Source: a virus. Taken from it: a stretch of DNA of 64,000 bases. Location: positions 32,001-96,000 of the IMG/VR virus record IMGVR_UViG_3300049855_000474; one strand, 5' to 3'. Each line of letters begins with the position of its first letter. The stretch's first letter is position 1. The position numbers and the translations under genes were made by a program. Below, piece by piece: positions 19,601 through 28,897 of this stretch. The notes beneath the pieces are model-generated. The model ran no database searches. It worked only from the letters and a program-made list of their open reading frames with translations, and was not told the origin of the DNA.

Positions 19601-19993
19601 TTAGTTCTTAATAAGCAAGAGGTCTTCTCTAGAAAAACGACCAGTAGGTTCAGACTCCTCGTCGTCAAGAGGTGCCGGATAAAGAATATGATCAACGATA
19701 GAAATAGTAGAAACTACCTCTTCCGTGGGTCTCTTGAAGACCTTAACCGCAGGATCCTGCTTAGAAGCAAAACTAGATCGATTAGCTTTAGCCTGAGCTA
19801 CCTGTAGGTCAAAATCTTTTTGAATCTTATCAGCTTGCATAGAGTTCCGAATATTATAGACTCCGAATAACACTAAAATAAAAAGACAACCTACTATAAA
19901 ACCTACAGCAAGACCCAAACTAAACAACTGTTCTCCACCCATGACATTCTCCTCACAATGATAAAGATTTCTTCCACGAACGCAATTTTGCAT
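19601..19993 (-). CDS. Membrane protein (likely start about 19942)
   Basis: TM helix LGLAVGFIVGCLFILVLFGVY. Confidence 0.55.
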   Translation of the reverse strand: MQNCVRGRNLYHCEENVMGGEQLFSLGLAVGFIVGCLFILVLFGVYNIRNSMQADKIQKDFDLQVAQAKANRSSFASKQDPAVKVFKRPTEEVVSTISIVDHILYPAPLDDEESEPTGRFSREDLLLIKN

Positions 19994-20264
19994 TTAAGTT
20001 ATCTCGACCCTGAGGATTGGCACTATGAACATGCCAATCCGGTGGTCCTTCCTCATAATAGTTTTCGGAAAGCCAGTTGACAAAAGACATAACATCAACA
20101 GTGTTACCGGCTGAATCCAGACCGAGGTCATGGTCCAAAGACATAAAAGAAGGAAGTCCAAGTTCTAGGACAATAGCCTTGGCGTCTTCGAATGTTCGTG
20201 CTAACACATAGCTATCGTCCGGTGGAGTACGTTCATCATCTAGATACAAGATGTAACCAGTCAT
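19953..20264 (-). CDS. Cyclic-phosphate processing receiver-like domain protein
   Basis: LYLDDERTPP...SLDHDLG...VHSANPQG signature. Confidence 0.85.
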   Translation of the reverse strand: MTGYILYLDDERTPPDDSYVLARTFEDAKAIVLELGLPSFMSLDHDLGLDSAGNTVDVMSFVNWLSENYYEEGPPDWHVHSANPQGRDNLNAKLRSWKKSLSL

Positions 20265-20286
20265 GACCTAGTGATACAACAAATTT

Positions 20287-21873
20287 TTGTTGGTGGCAAG
20301 AAAAATCACTCTTAGCGAGATCAAAATGCAGCTAAAGACAATTAAAAAGTTGCTACGAGAAGGCAAGCTGGAGGAAGCTGAACGAGAGTTCATGTATTCT
20401 CTATACAGTACAGAAGGTTTAAAACTCTGGAAAGAGGCTTTGTTGATCAAGAATCCTGAGGATAAAATTCCTCATCTTCTCGGGTTCGCCACAAAGATTG
20501 TATTCTGCGAGAAAATAACAACAGCCTCTGTAAATTTCCATACCAAGGTAATTAAACTAGGGTCAACGTTCTTCTGTGATTATATTTCATCCTGGGGAGA
20601 TGTCATATTCATCCTGATGCACGAACGAAATCACCTTCTTATAGACTACTTCTATACGTCCAGAATGAACGAATTTAAAAACCGCATATTTGCCAACATG
20701 TGGGAAGATATCTACATAAACAATACAATACTAGAACATGTTGATAGCCAACTATGTCAGAGGTTCTACGCGAATCCTGATGCCAATAATCTGGATTGGT
20801 TAATGAGCCAATCAAAGATTTACGAATGGTTCAGTTGGTTCAATAAAGAGCATGCTAGGGTAGTTGTTGCCTGTCCTACCTTTTTCGAGTTTGCGGAACA
20901 ATTAAGCGAGGGTCTGCTGGACCCTAAAAATGTAGGTTATTACAGCTGGATGGAAATTGGGTTAGCTGTAGAACTCGAAATTACGACGGAGAGATATCTT
21001 GACATTGGAGGACTTCCAGAGAACAATGGAGAAAGTGGAGGCTCTCTTCCAGAGCTAGAAGAGGGGTCCTCATCATCAGAGGACTCCACAGAGGATTTGG
21101 TTCTGGAGGAGAGAGACAAAGAACTAACTATTGACAGTTATCCGGTGACAAAAACACGCGTAGGTCCACAAAGCTTACCTGAGCATATAAAAGAGCTGTT
21201 AGCATTAAAACTTTCCAGTGATGAGTATATTTACAGAAATACGGATAGACAGGCTACGTACAAAGAAGTGATAAGTAGACAAGTTGTTCAACCGTTATTA
21301 GCTTCCAGAATAATAGATGACGAGTACAAAGTACTTTCACCTTTCCCCTCGTCTATCTCAAGACGAGACATTTTTTCTCTTGCCTGCGGACTAGTACCCA
21401 CATACTGGGAACAAAATCGACATAAACCGGTAGAGGAAAAAGCAATTTCACTCTATATAGATACAAGTGGGAGTATGCAAGAGTGGTACCCGATGATACC
21501 ACAAATCGTAAAGGAATTAAACGGTTTTTGTTCTCTGGTTTACAACTTCGACACCCACGTAATACAGGTCGAAGACCCCTTGAGCAGCGTAATATACAAT
21601 ACCACACAAGGAACAAACTACAATAAAGTCTGTAAGCACATTACAGAAAACGAGATTAATAGCATTATAGTTTTCTCTGACAGTACGGAGTCGATCCAGA
21701 AAAGCTATATAAAGAGCCTGGGACTGCGACTGAAACAATTCATATACATCACCACATCTAAAAAAGATGGTAAGAGCTGTGGCTTTATAGAGTTAGCCAA
21801 AGAGATGGGTGACAAAAAAGCTAAAGTAGTATATCTAGGCAACGTAACAGCTACAAAGAAGGAGTTCTCTTGA
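20287..21873 (+). CDS. Metallopeptidase (HExxH) plus VWA domain protein (DUF2201-like)
   Basis: ILMHERNH near the N-terminus, acidic linker, MIDAS YIDTSGSM, GT and FSD motifs. Confidence 0.8.
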   Translation: MLVARKITLSEIKMQLKTIKKLLREGKLEEAEREFMYSLYSTEGLKLWKEALLIKNPEDKIPHLLGFATKIVFCEKITTASVNFHTKVIKLGSTFFCDYISSWGDVIFILMHERNHLLIDYFYTSRMNEFKNRIFANMWEDIYINNTILEHVDSQLCQRFYANPDANNLDWLMSQSKIYEWFSWFNKEHARVVVACPTFFEFAEQLSEGLLDPKNVGYYSWMEIGLAVELEITTERYLDIGGLPENNGESGGSLPELEEGSSSSEDSTEDLVLEERDKELTIDSYPVTKTRVGPQSLPEHIKELLALKLSSDEYIYRNTDRQATYKEVISRQVVQPLLASRIIDDEYKVLSPFPSSISRRDIFSLACGLVPTYWEQNRHKPVEEKAISLYIDTSGSMQEWYPMIPQIVKELNGFCSLVYNFDTHVIQVEDPLSSVIYNTTQGTNYNKVCKHITENEINSIIVFSDSTESIQKSYIKSLGLRLKQFIYITTSKKDGKSCGFIELAKEMGDKKAKVVYLGNVTATKKEFS

Positions 21874-23042
21874 TTGAACAATTAGGAATTATTGGATGGG
21901 GTAAGATAGAACCTATCATCCTATCCGCCCTTCTGGCTGGTGAGCCTATCCTTTTTGTAGGGTCTCATGGTGTCAACAAGACTGATGGTGCTCAAGCTCT
22001 GAGTGAAGGGGTTCTGGGGTTAGGAACAAATTACGTTAAATACGAAACACCAATCATCCAAAACGATGATATCCTTGGATATATCAATGCTAAGGACATG
22101 ATGGAAGGCAAGTTGAGTTACCTACAAACCCCAGCATCCTTATGGGCAGCTGACGCAGTTGGTTTGGATGAGCTTAATCGAGCTAATCCTATGACAGCCG
22201 CTAAGCTCATGGAGACCGTGCGTACGAAAAGTATCATGGGAATGAAGACAAATCTAAAACTTGTCTTCGCCATGATAAATCCACCACAGGATTATGATAC
22301 TATCTATATTGACGTGGCTTTAGCTTCCAGATTCGTGATTATCAAGGTGCCTGGAACAAAGCAGTTGAGCACATCGGATCTTACAGAAATTATTCAGGGT
22401 ACCGAAAAAGACCCAAAGAGTTTTAAGGATTTCAAAGAGGAATTCGAGAAAATTCAGGCTGTAGAGCTTGACACTGAAGACAAGCAACAAATAACAAAAA
22501 TGGTTGTCAATATTGGGCGTAAACTCAAAGAGGTAGAGATTGAGCCTAGAGAGCTAAAGACCATTGCCAAGCTGCTGGTAACAGCACAAAAGTTGAAAAG
22601 AAGCAACTTTCCTCTTGACGAAGGTGTAATGGCTGACATAATCCTAAGCAAGATACCCCAAGCATGGGGCATCACGCGACATCAAGTCGATGCTAAAAAC
22701 ATACGCCCAACACTGCTTCAAAACCTAATAGGCTTTGCTCTCAATGATCCACTAAGTAAAGCCACTACAATTGAAGAAGTATTAAAAGCGCCGAAAGCGG
22801 ATAATCTTGCTTGGGCAAGCGCTCTCCTAGCTGTAATTTCTAAGGAAACCGACGCTAGCAAGTTACGATCCCTATTGGGTCAGTTGAACACCGTAACAAA
22901 TGCAGAAATAACAAACCACTGCATGCAAGCTGCCGTTACTCGTATACTAGAGATTTCCGAAAAGGGTATGATCCCAAAAGACTACCTAACATGGGATCGC
23001 GAGGAAATGAAGGATCTTGTGAAGGAAATTGTCAATGCTTGA
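21870..23042 (+). CDS. MoxR-like AAA+ ATPase
   Basis: GSHGVNKT Walker A, LDELNRA Walker B, AMINP, ALASRF; overlaps the VWA gene by 4 nt. Confidence 0.88.
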   Translation: MIEQLGIIGWGKIEPIILSALLAGEPILFVGSHGVNKTDGAQALSEGVLGLGTNYVKYETPIIQNDDILGYINAKDMMEGKLSYLQTPASLWAADAVGLDELNRANPMTAAKLMETVRTKSIMGMKTNLKLVFAMINPPQDYDTIYIDVALASRFVIIKVPGTKQLSTSDLTEIIQGTEKDPKSFKDFKEEFEKIQAVELDTEDKQQITKMVVNIGRKLKEVEIEPRELKTIAKLLVTAQKLKRSNFPLDEGVMADIILSKIPQAWGITRHQVDAKNIRPTLLQNLIGFALNDPLSKATTIEEVLKAPKADNLAWASALLAVISKETDASKLRSLLGQLNTVTNAEITNHCMQAAVTRILEISEKGMIPKDYLTWDREEMKDLVKEIVNA

Positions 23043-23550
23043 ATTGGGTTTGGGCGAGTTGAACAGAGTTCTACATACGAATGCCAGTCTAAATTACTAT
23101 TTCACAAACAAAGGGCTGATAAACTCGGGTTCTGCTGTGAATATTCCTGCTTATGCTACATCCCGCCCACTACCGAAAATAGAGCTATCGAAGTTACTGC
23201 TGCTCCAGCTTATAAACAAGAAGGACAACAGTACAATACTGGTAGAATTTTTCGGTAACCAAACACGTGCCTTCGGTGTACCTACAAAACCAGGATTCGA
23301 GAATCAATACAAAGCAAGCGGTTTGCATGCCTTGTTTATGCCAGAACCTGGTCTGAATTTGGATAAGAAAGAGTGGGAATTAGAACGACTGTTTATATCA
23401 CCAACATTACACGAATTAGCACTGCACAACTTTCTTCCTATGCTACTGTCTGCGCCAGTCCCTAATAACATTTGCACAGTTCTAACAAAAAACAATAGAG
23501 GGCAGAAAGCCTACCAACCCGATTACATTAATCTAATGGCAAAGAAATAA
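23029..23550 (+). CDS. Hypothetical protein
   Basis: 173-aa ORF in the operon. Confidence 0.55.
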   Translation: MSMLELGLGELNRVLHTNASLNYYFTNKGLINSGSAVNIPAYATSRPLPKIELSKLLLLQLINKKDNSTILVEFFGNQTRAFGVPTKPGFENQYKASGLHALFMPEPGLNLDKKEWELERLFISPTLHELALHNFLPMLLSAPVPNNICTVLTKNNRGQKAYQPDYINLMAKK

Positions 23551-23561
23551 AGGAGACCAAA

Positions 23562-24350
23562 GTGATTGAAATTTATTTGATGGATGGTTGTGAAGAGGAA
23601 TCGCTCCGTAAGTTCTTGACGCGGCTGGTTGATATGCAACTCGCTTATACGATCAAGAAGCTCCCCAAGAAGCCTTACCGCCTGCTGAGTTGTTACGTTG
23701 AAGGTGCTTTCAAACAGGCTGGGATTTGGGGTTTGCCTGTTGAGCGTGGACATCTGCGACTACTCTGTGCTAGCGAGCAAGTAGGACCTTTGTTCGGTCA
23801 ATCGGTTACACTCAAGCGCAAGGATGGCGTCCAAAAGCTGATGTTTGCTTCACATCCAGATCCAGATACCTTGTGCACAGTAGCGCTCCACGAGCTTGGA
23901 CACGCCTTGAAGGCTGTTCGTAAGAAGACTCATGATTGTGTCATGGTTGTGAAGACCAAGAAAGAGTTGTCTGCGGAGACCACCAGGACGCTTATCCAGC
24001 AAGGTGCCCTGGAAAAGTTAGGCAAGCTTTACCCGGAGTCAATGGTAGAGCTGGGAGGATCCCACTGTCTTGAGGCTGCATGTATTATGCAGGTAGCCCC
24101 ATCTAATAGCGCAATTGGCTTTGATCAGCCATTCTGCGATCTTTGTTTCGAAAACGTAAAAGACGAAGTGAAGAAGGTAAATGCCGAGTTTGATGCTGTC
24201 AAGAACAAGTGTGGAGAATGCACTTATCTTAAGCGGTGCATGAATACGAAGGAGTGGGTATGGGACGGCTCCGACCCCTGTGACGAGTTTGAGCAAGATC
24301 CTACTTTGATGGCGAATAATACGCCGCCCCAACAAGCGAAGGCAGACTGA
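23562..24350 (+). CDS. Archaemetzincin-like zinc metalloprotease with C-terminal Cys cluster
   Basis: ALHELGHAL...SHCLEAACIM...FCDLC; AGGAG SD. Confidence 0.65.
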   Translation: MIEIYLMDGCEEESLRKFLTRLVDMQLAYTIKKLPKKPYRLLSCYVEGAFKQAGIWGLPVERGHLRLLCASEQVGPLFGQSVTLKRKDGVQKLMFASHPDPDTLCTVALHELGHALKAVRKKTHDCVMVVKTKKELSAETTRTLIQQGALEKLGKLYPESMVELGGSHCLEAACIMQVAPSNSAIGFDQPFCDLCFENVKDEVKKVNAEFDAVKNKCGECTYLKRCMNTKEWVWDGSDPCDEFEQDPTLMANNTPPQQAKAD

Positions 24351-24353
24351 TCA

Positions 24354-24596
24354 ATGGATAAAACAGACTCTATAATTGCAGGCATAGTATGCACAGTTAT
24401 TATAACCTTAATCTGGTTCATCGTCGAAGGAGCCCCGTATAGCCCCTGCGCAGCACCCAAGTGCTACGGCAAGCTCGTAACAGCACAGCAATGCCAAACC
24501 AGCTGTCACCCTCTCAAAGTGAAAGCATTCGATACCTCAGCTACATGGGATCACTACGGTCGCATGAAACCAGACAACTGCCTCTGCTCACACTAA
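24354..24596 (+). CDS. Small membrane protein with Cys-rich domain
   Basis: N-terminal TM helix, six Cys downstream. Confidence 0.55.
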   Translation: MDKTDSIIAGIVCTVIITLIWFIVEGAPYSPCAAPKCYGKLVTAQQCQTSCHPLKVKAFDTSATWDHYGRMKPDNCLCSH

Positions 24597-24618
24597 AACA
24601 TTCTGAAATAAGGCAAAT

Positions 24619-25743
24619 ATGACTAACTCCGATATCCGCTCGAAACTTATTCCTTATTTTACAAATTTACATTATCGAGAGGTACCAACAGCTCAACGGG
24701 CTGTTGGTTGTCTTGTCCTACTTGATAATGTGAAGACTTACGATGAAATTGTAGCGGATTTCGAGTCAGAAGAAAACTACAAATCCTTCCTTAGACCAGT
24801 TAAAGCACTACTCACAGATTCCTTTTGTGCTCGAAATGCCTGGCGAGCTGCTTTATATGCAACCGGTCAAAATATTGACTTAAACAAAGCAGCACAAGCC
24901 TTCAAAGTCAACCAGAGTGATTTTTATTTTCTCTGGGATGGTCTAAAGGAAGAAGATCGGGATATTATCAGACATAATGCCAAGGAATCGCCTGTACTAC
25001 TCAAACAGTTAGCAAAGGAAGATTTGCGAGGTTTGATGAACAGGCTTAGCAAATTTTGTAAGCAAATTGCTTATCAGAAACTTCGATTCCTACAGACGAC
25101 AGACAATGCTATACTTATGGAGGATATTCATAGTGAACTCCTAACAAAAGCCCTTAAGATGGTAAGACATTACGAACATATGTCTGAGGATGGAAAAACT
25201 CATGCTATTCTAAAAATAGAAAATTATGCCAGATCCGGCATAGCCAACTATGTTACGAATATGATCAACTTTTATACCACAAAGAAGCGGGCTCGTGTCC
25301 AGAATACCACGGAAATCTGCGGTACCTGTGATTATTGCCTAGCTGGACATATTACACATTGCCGTAATGCCGTCAATAGCTTCCAAGCAACTACCTTGCG
25401 AATTGATCTCCCAGCTAATGCTGACAATCCAGCCTCAATTGCTTCCAGCCTGAGAACTTCCCTGCGTCCCTACGACGAAACTTTAGTAGAGGACGAGATG
25501 CTGCAAACCATGTTGAGGGGAAGCAGTGACGAGCTGAAAAACTTCGTTAATATCGTAACTGACGTGCAAACTCCAGAAGAATTTGAAAGATGGCTCCAGC
25601 TACACTATGATGTCCGTGTAGATGAAATTACAGACGATCGCAAAATGACAAATTACGCCCTAGAATACTTAGACCTGCAGAAACCTCAAACTAGACGTAT
25701 GCTACAAGCTAAGTATAATAAATACGCGGGTGACCGACGATGA
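24619..25743 (+). CDS. Divergent sigma-factor-like protein
   Basis: Region-2-like KQIAYQKLRFL...EDIHSELLTKALKMVRHYE...ENYARSGIANYVTNMINFYTTKKRAR, plus a CxxCxxC insertion. Confidence 0.5.
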   Translation: MTNSDIRSKLIPYFTNLHYREVPTAQRAVGCLVLLDNVKTYDEIVADFESEENYKSFLRPVKALLTDSFCARNAWRAALYATGQNIDLNKAAQAFKVNQSDFYFLWDGLKEEDRDIIRHNAKESPVLLKQLAKEDLRGLMNRLSKFCKQIAYQKLRFLQTTDNAILMEDIHSELLTKALKMVRHYEHMSEDGKTHAILKIENYARSGIANYVTNMINFYTTKKRARVQNTTEICGTCDYCLAGHITHCRNAVNSFQATTLRIDLPANADNPASIASSLRTSLRPYDETLVEDEMLQTMLRGSSDELKNFVNIVTDVQTPEEFERWLQLHYDVRVDEITDDRKMTNYALEYLDLQKPQTRRMLQAKYNKYAGDRR

Positions 25744-25943
25744 CAGATACCGCGCACGTAGTAGGTTTTGTAGCTACTATCGTAGCTTCCGCAGGAAAGC
25801 CAGATTCTTTCGGTAATATCTTGACACTAGAAGAAATAAACAATCTAGCAACCAAATCCGCTGGACTTTGCTGGGTGGAAGATGGTAGCCTGGTGACGCA
25901 TGTACTTTTAGAAAGTACGAACAAGTTTCGATTGGATGGATGA
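25740..25943 (+). CDS. Small hypothetical protein
   Basis: Overlaps the upstream gene (ATGA) and the downstream gene. Confidence 0.45.
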   Translation: MTDTAHVVGFVATIVASAGKPDSFGNILTLEEINNLATKSAGLCWVEDGSLVTHVLLESTNKFRLDG

Positions 25944-26508
25944 CTCGATGAGATTTGACGCAATTTCAAGCGATCCACATTTTTCGCACTTTAATATAAT
26001 TCAATACTGCGGTCGTCCTTTCAAGGACGTCTACCATATGCAAGAGGAGTTAATTCAACGGCATAACGAAGTAGTTGGTCCTGATGATACTATTCTTTAC
26101 CTTGGGGACATGTTCTTCATGAAGCCACATGAAGCCGAAAAGCTCATGAAGAGACTAAACGGTAAAAAGTATCTTCTGCGTGGAAACCACGACAAAAGGA
26201 TCACAGATTCCCAGTTTCTAAACATTGGATTTGAGATGGTTTTCCCTATGTATTTTCAAGCATACCTAGGCAAGTACCCCGTATGGTATTCCCATTACCC
26301 CTTTGCAGGATATTCCGAGGATAAGCGATACGAGGATCGTCGTCCACCAAAGGACGGTACAGTAATTGTACACGGGCATACTCACGATAAGACTAGGCTA
26401 ACCAAACAAAACACAGTCCACGTAGGTGTGGATGGCTGGGATTATCGACCTGCTCGATTTGAGGAAGTAGAAGCGCTAGTAGCAGAAGCTTACGAAAGGA
26501 AGAAATGA
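25936..26508 (+). CDS. Calcineurin-like metallophosphoesterase
   Basis: SDPHFSH, LGDM, RGNHD, SHYP and HGHTH motifs. Confidence 0.9.
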   Translation: MDDSMRFDAISSDPHFSHFNIIQYCGRPFKDVYHMQEELIQRHNEVVGPDDTILYLGDMFFMKPHEAEKLMKRLNGKKYLLRGNHDKRITDSQFLNIGFEMVFPMYFQAYLGKYPVWYSHYPFAGYSEDKRYEDRRPPKDGTVIVHGHTHDKTRLTKQNTVHVGVDGWDYRPARFEEVEALVAEAYERKK

Positions 26509-26509
26509 T

Positions 26510-26833
26510 ATGCCATACATCCAGCAAGAACAAAGAGTTCCTCTCGAGGAACCTATCAAGCAGCTTACTGCTGAAATAGTCAAGCTATCCCTAAAAGGCG
26601 ACCTGACTGGAATGTCAGGGCTATTGAACTACTCCTTCTCCCGTATCCTCATGGGTGTCATCCGAGGAACAGGCGGCATCCGGTATCACAAGATTGCATC
26701 CGTATCCGGGATGCTGAAGAATGTGTCGGATGAATTCTATCGAAGGGTGGTTGTTCCCTACGAAGATCGACAAAGCAAGGCTAACGGCGATATTCCGGAG
26801 TACGAGAGCAATGACGATCTTAATCGAATCTAA
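26510..26833 (+). CDS. Conserved phage protein (DUF6899-like)
   Basis: MPYIQQEQR...GLLNY...RY...EFYRRVVVPYED...NGDI. Confidence 0.7.
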   Translation: MPYIQQEQRVPLEEPIKQLTAEIVKLSLKGDLTGMSGLLNYSFSRILMGVIRGTGGIRYHKIASVSGMLKNVSDEFYRRVVVPYEDRQSKANGDIPEYESNDDLNRI

Positions 26834-27086
26834 AGGCACTCAGTTGCCTGGCGAGGATACTATTCCTATAGTAGAAGTAACTTCTCTTCTACGTAAAATC
26901 CGGAGAGAACAGAAGCTCTCCCAGAAGGTTTTTGCCAAGCAGATCGGAATTTCAGTTAAAAAGCTACGGGACTTCGAGAAATCTGAAGACCCAGAGGTCA
27001 TTCTGCTACAAAGAGTTCTCATGGGCTTAGGCGGAAAATTGGAAATTGTTGCTTGCTTTGACGATAAGAAAGAACGTATACTCTAG
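26811..27086 (+). CDS. XRE-family HTH protein
   Basis: LRKIRREQKLSQKVFAKQIGISVKKLRDFEK...LGGKLEIVA; likely start at 26811. Confidence 0.82.
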   Translation: MTILIESKGTQLPGEDTIPIVEVTSLLRKIRREQKLSQKVFAKQIGISVKKLRDFEKSEDPEVILLQRVLMGLGGKLEIVACFDDKKERIL

Positions 27087-27089
27087 CCT

Positions 27090-27320
27090 ATGCCTATCCT
27101 AACCAAAATAGTGATACAGTGCGACGCTAAAGACTGTGAAAGCACCTGCGAAGCTGATGTCGAATGGCACAACCAAGATCGCTATCCTAGTCTAAGGAAT
27201 ATTACAGAAACTTGGAAAGTTGAAAGAGGAATACCTAACTTTGGTAAGATAAAATACTGGTGTGATAAACATGCAGCTAAAAGCTTAGTAGTCAGCTACT
27301 GGAGGGGTGACAATGATTAG
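27090..27320 (+). CDS. Small Zn-finger-like protein
   Basis: CDAKDC ... WCDKH. Confidence 0.55.
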   Translation: MPILTKIVIQCDAKDCESTCEADVEWHNQDRYPSLRNITETWKVERGIPNFGKIKYWCDKHAAKSLVVSYWRGDND

Positions 27321-28065
27321 AGACCACGTCAAAGCCAGAGTTGAAGCCGTCAAAGCCGGTCATATGCCCAAGGTAACTCTGGAGGAATACGAAACACTTC
27401 GTATGAATACAGATGAATGGCGAGCAATTGCCCCTATCCTAACGGATGAGGCATTGAAGCAAGCTATAACTAACACATTGAAAAATTGCAGTAATCGTAG
27501 CGGTACCTACGAAGACGCCTTACAGAATGTGTACGTTCCGCTACTGATGGAACGCGTGTTCGGCTCCTCAGCAGAAGAGGACGATATCAAGGAACCTGCG
27601 CGTACTTATACATGCAGCGAAATGTGGGATATCTGCCTTGAAAATCCTAATGCTCGCTTTGCAGCCAGCTACCTACGCGGACTGCAAACGGGCTACCTGC
27701 TCAGAGCAGGGACACTCCCAAATACTAAAAAGTTCTGTATCATGAATGAGGTTGGTAATCATCCTTTTATGGATTTCAGGAACGACTATGATTTCTACAA
27801 AGTCACTCGTCTACCAGACGCTCCATCAAGTGTTGAGGAACCCACCCGCACCTATTCCACTATTGAGATGTGGGATATTTGCAGAGCAAATCCTAAAGCC
27901 CGATTTTTAACCATTCTGGAAAATAGAGAGCACGTCCTCAAAGGTGGACAACATCCAAAAACTTTTGAGTACTGTGTCAATTATCCTGATAGAACTGGCT
28001 TCTTTATGGGTGCCAGAATTGATTATGATGGTTGCACAATCACACGTCTCCCCGATGCCGATTAA
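27307..28065 (+). CDS. Hypothetical protein with a tandemly duplicated domain of about 80 aa
   Basis: EPARTYTCSEMWDICLENPNARF...TRLPDA versus EPTRTYSTIEMWDICRANPKARF...TRLPDA. Confidence 0.7.
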   Translation: MTMIRDHVKARVEAVKAGHMPKVTLEEYETLRMNTDEWRAIAPILTDEALKQAITNTLKNCSNRSGTYEDALQNVYVPLLMERVFGSSAEEDDIKEPARTYTCSEMWDICLENPNARFAASYLRGLQTGYLLRAGTLPNTKKFCIMNEVGNHPFMDFRNDYDFYKVTRLPDAPSSVEEPTRTYSTIEMWDICRANPKARFLTILENREHVLKGGQHPKTFEYCVNYPDRTGFFMGARIDYDGCTITRLPDAD

Positions 28066-28071
28066 AAGCAA

Positions 28072-28100
28072 AAAGCCCTCTGGCATAACCAGAAGGCTTT
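28072..28100. terminator. Bidirectional terminator between the convergent accessory and head operons
   Basis: AAAGCCCTCTGG-CATAA-CCAGAAGGCTTT with A/T flanks. Confidence 0.7.
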
Positions 28101-28129
28101 CAACAGTTAGCTGCCTAAGCAGCGCGAGC

Positions 28130-28846
28130 TTAGCTCTTGAGGGGAAGGTCGAACTTCACACCAAGCATGCCGTTAGCAACGCTGGGAGTCTGCGACACGA
28201 AGCCAATGGCGTTAGCCGCACCACCCGCAGCGGACGACACCTTACCAGCAGCCGCAGGATACACAAGTGCACCCACAGTGTAAGCAACCGAGGTATCGAA
28301 CATCGTGGTGAAGATCTCACCTTCATGAGCACCCACGCTGACCGTCGAGAAGTAATCCTGAGCACGATTATTGACCGAACGCTCATGGAAACGCGACAGG
28401 CTCTCCTGCATGGTGAGCGTGTAACGGTAGGTCACCGTAACAGTCTCGCCAGCCTGAGCAGAGTGGAACGTCACGACAGCATTCACGAGACTGACGGCAT
28501 ACTCGCCCGACGCCGAAGCGTCATCAAGAGTAAGCACGCCAGTCGTGCTCGCCACAGCGCGGGTCGAACCCGACACGAGGTTAGCATTGCTAAGCGTAAC
28601 AGTGTAGGGAGCTGACGAAGGAACGGTCACAGTCTCAACAACCGTATCCGTCAACTTCTTCATTGCATCGGTAATCGCGAAACCCGCAATCGCCTGGTTA
28701 GCACCCGCTCCGCAGGGCTGAACCACCATCGTGCCATCACCGCCGTCAACATAGACAAGCAGCTGGCCTTCCTCAGTGATGCTGGCTCCAGCAGCGACGG
28801 GACGCTCCTTAAGATCAGCAAAGTACGAACGCATCAAATCAAACAT
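28130..28846 (-). CDS. Capsid cement/decoration-like structural protein
   Basis: Ala/Thr/Val-rich beta protein with a C-terminal VGALVY.AAAGKV...IGFV..P pattern typical of decoration proteins; strong GAGGAG SD; last gene of the portal-protease cluster. Confidence 0.6.
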   Translation of the reverse strand: MFDLMRSYFADLKERPVAAGASITEEGQLLVYVDGGDGTMVVQPCGAGANQAIAGFAITDAMKKLTDTVVETVTVPSSAPYTVTLSNANLVSGSTRAVASTTGVLTLDDASASGEYAVSLVNAVVTFHSAQAGETVTVTYRYTLTMQESLSRFHERSVNNRAQDYFSTVSVGAHEGEIFTTMFDTSVAYTVGALVYPAAAGKVSSAAGGAANAIGFVSQTPSVANGMLGVKFDLPLKS

Positions 28847-28897
28847 TTTATATACTCCTCTGTAGAATTCTTACACTAGACGGATGTCTAGATTGGA

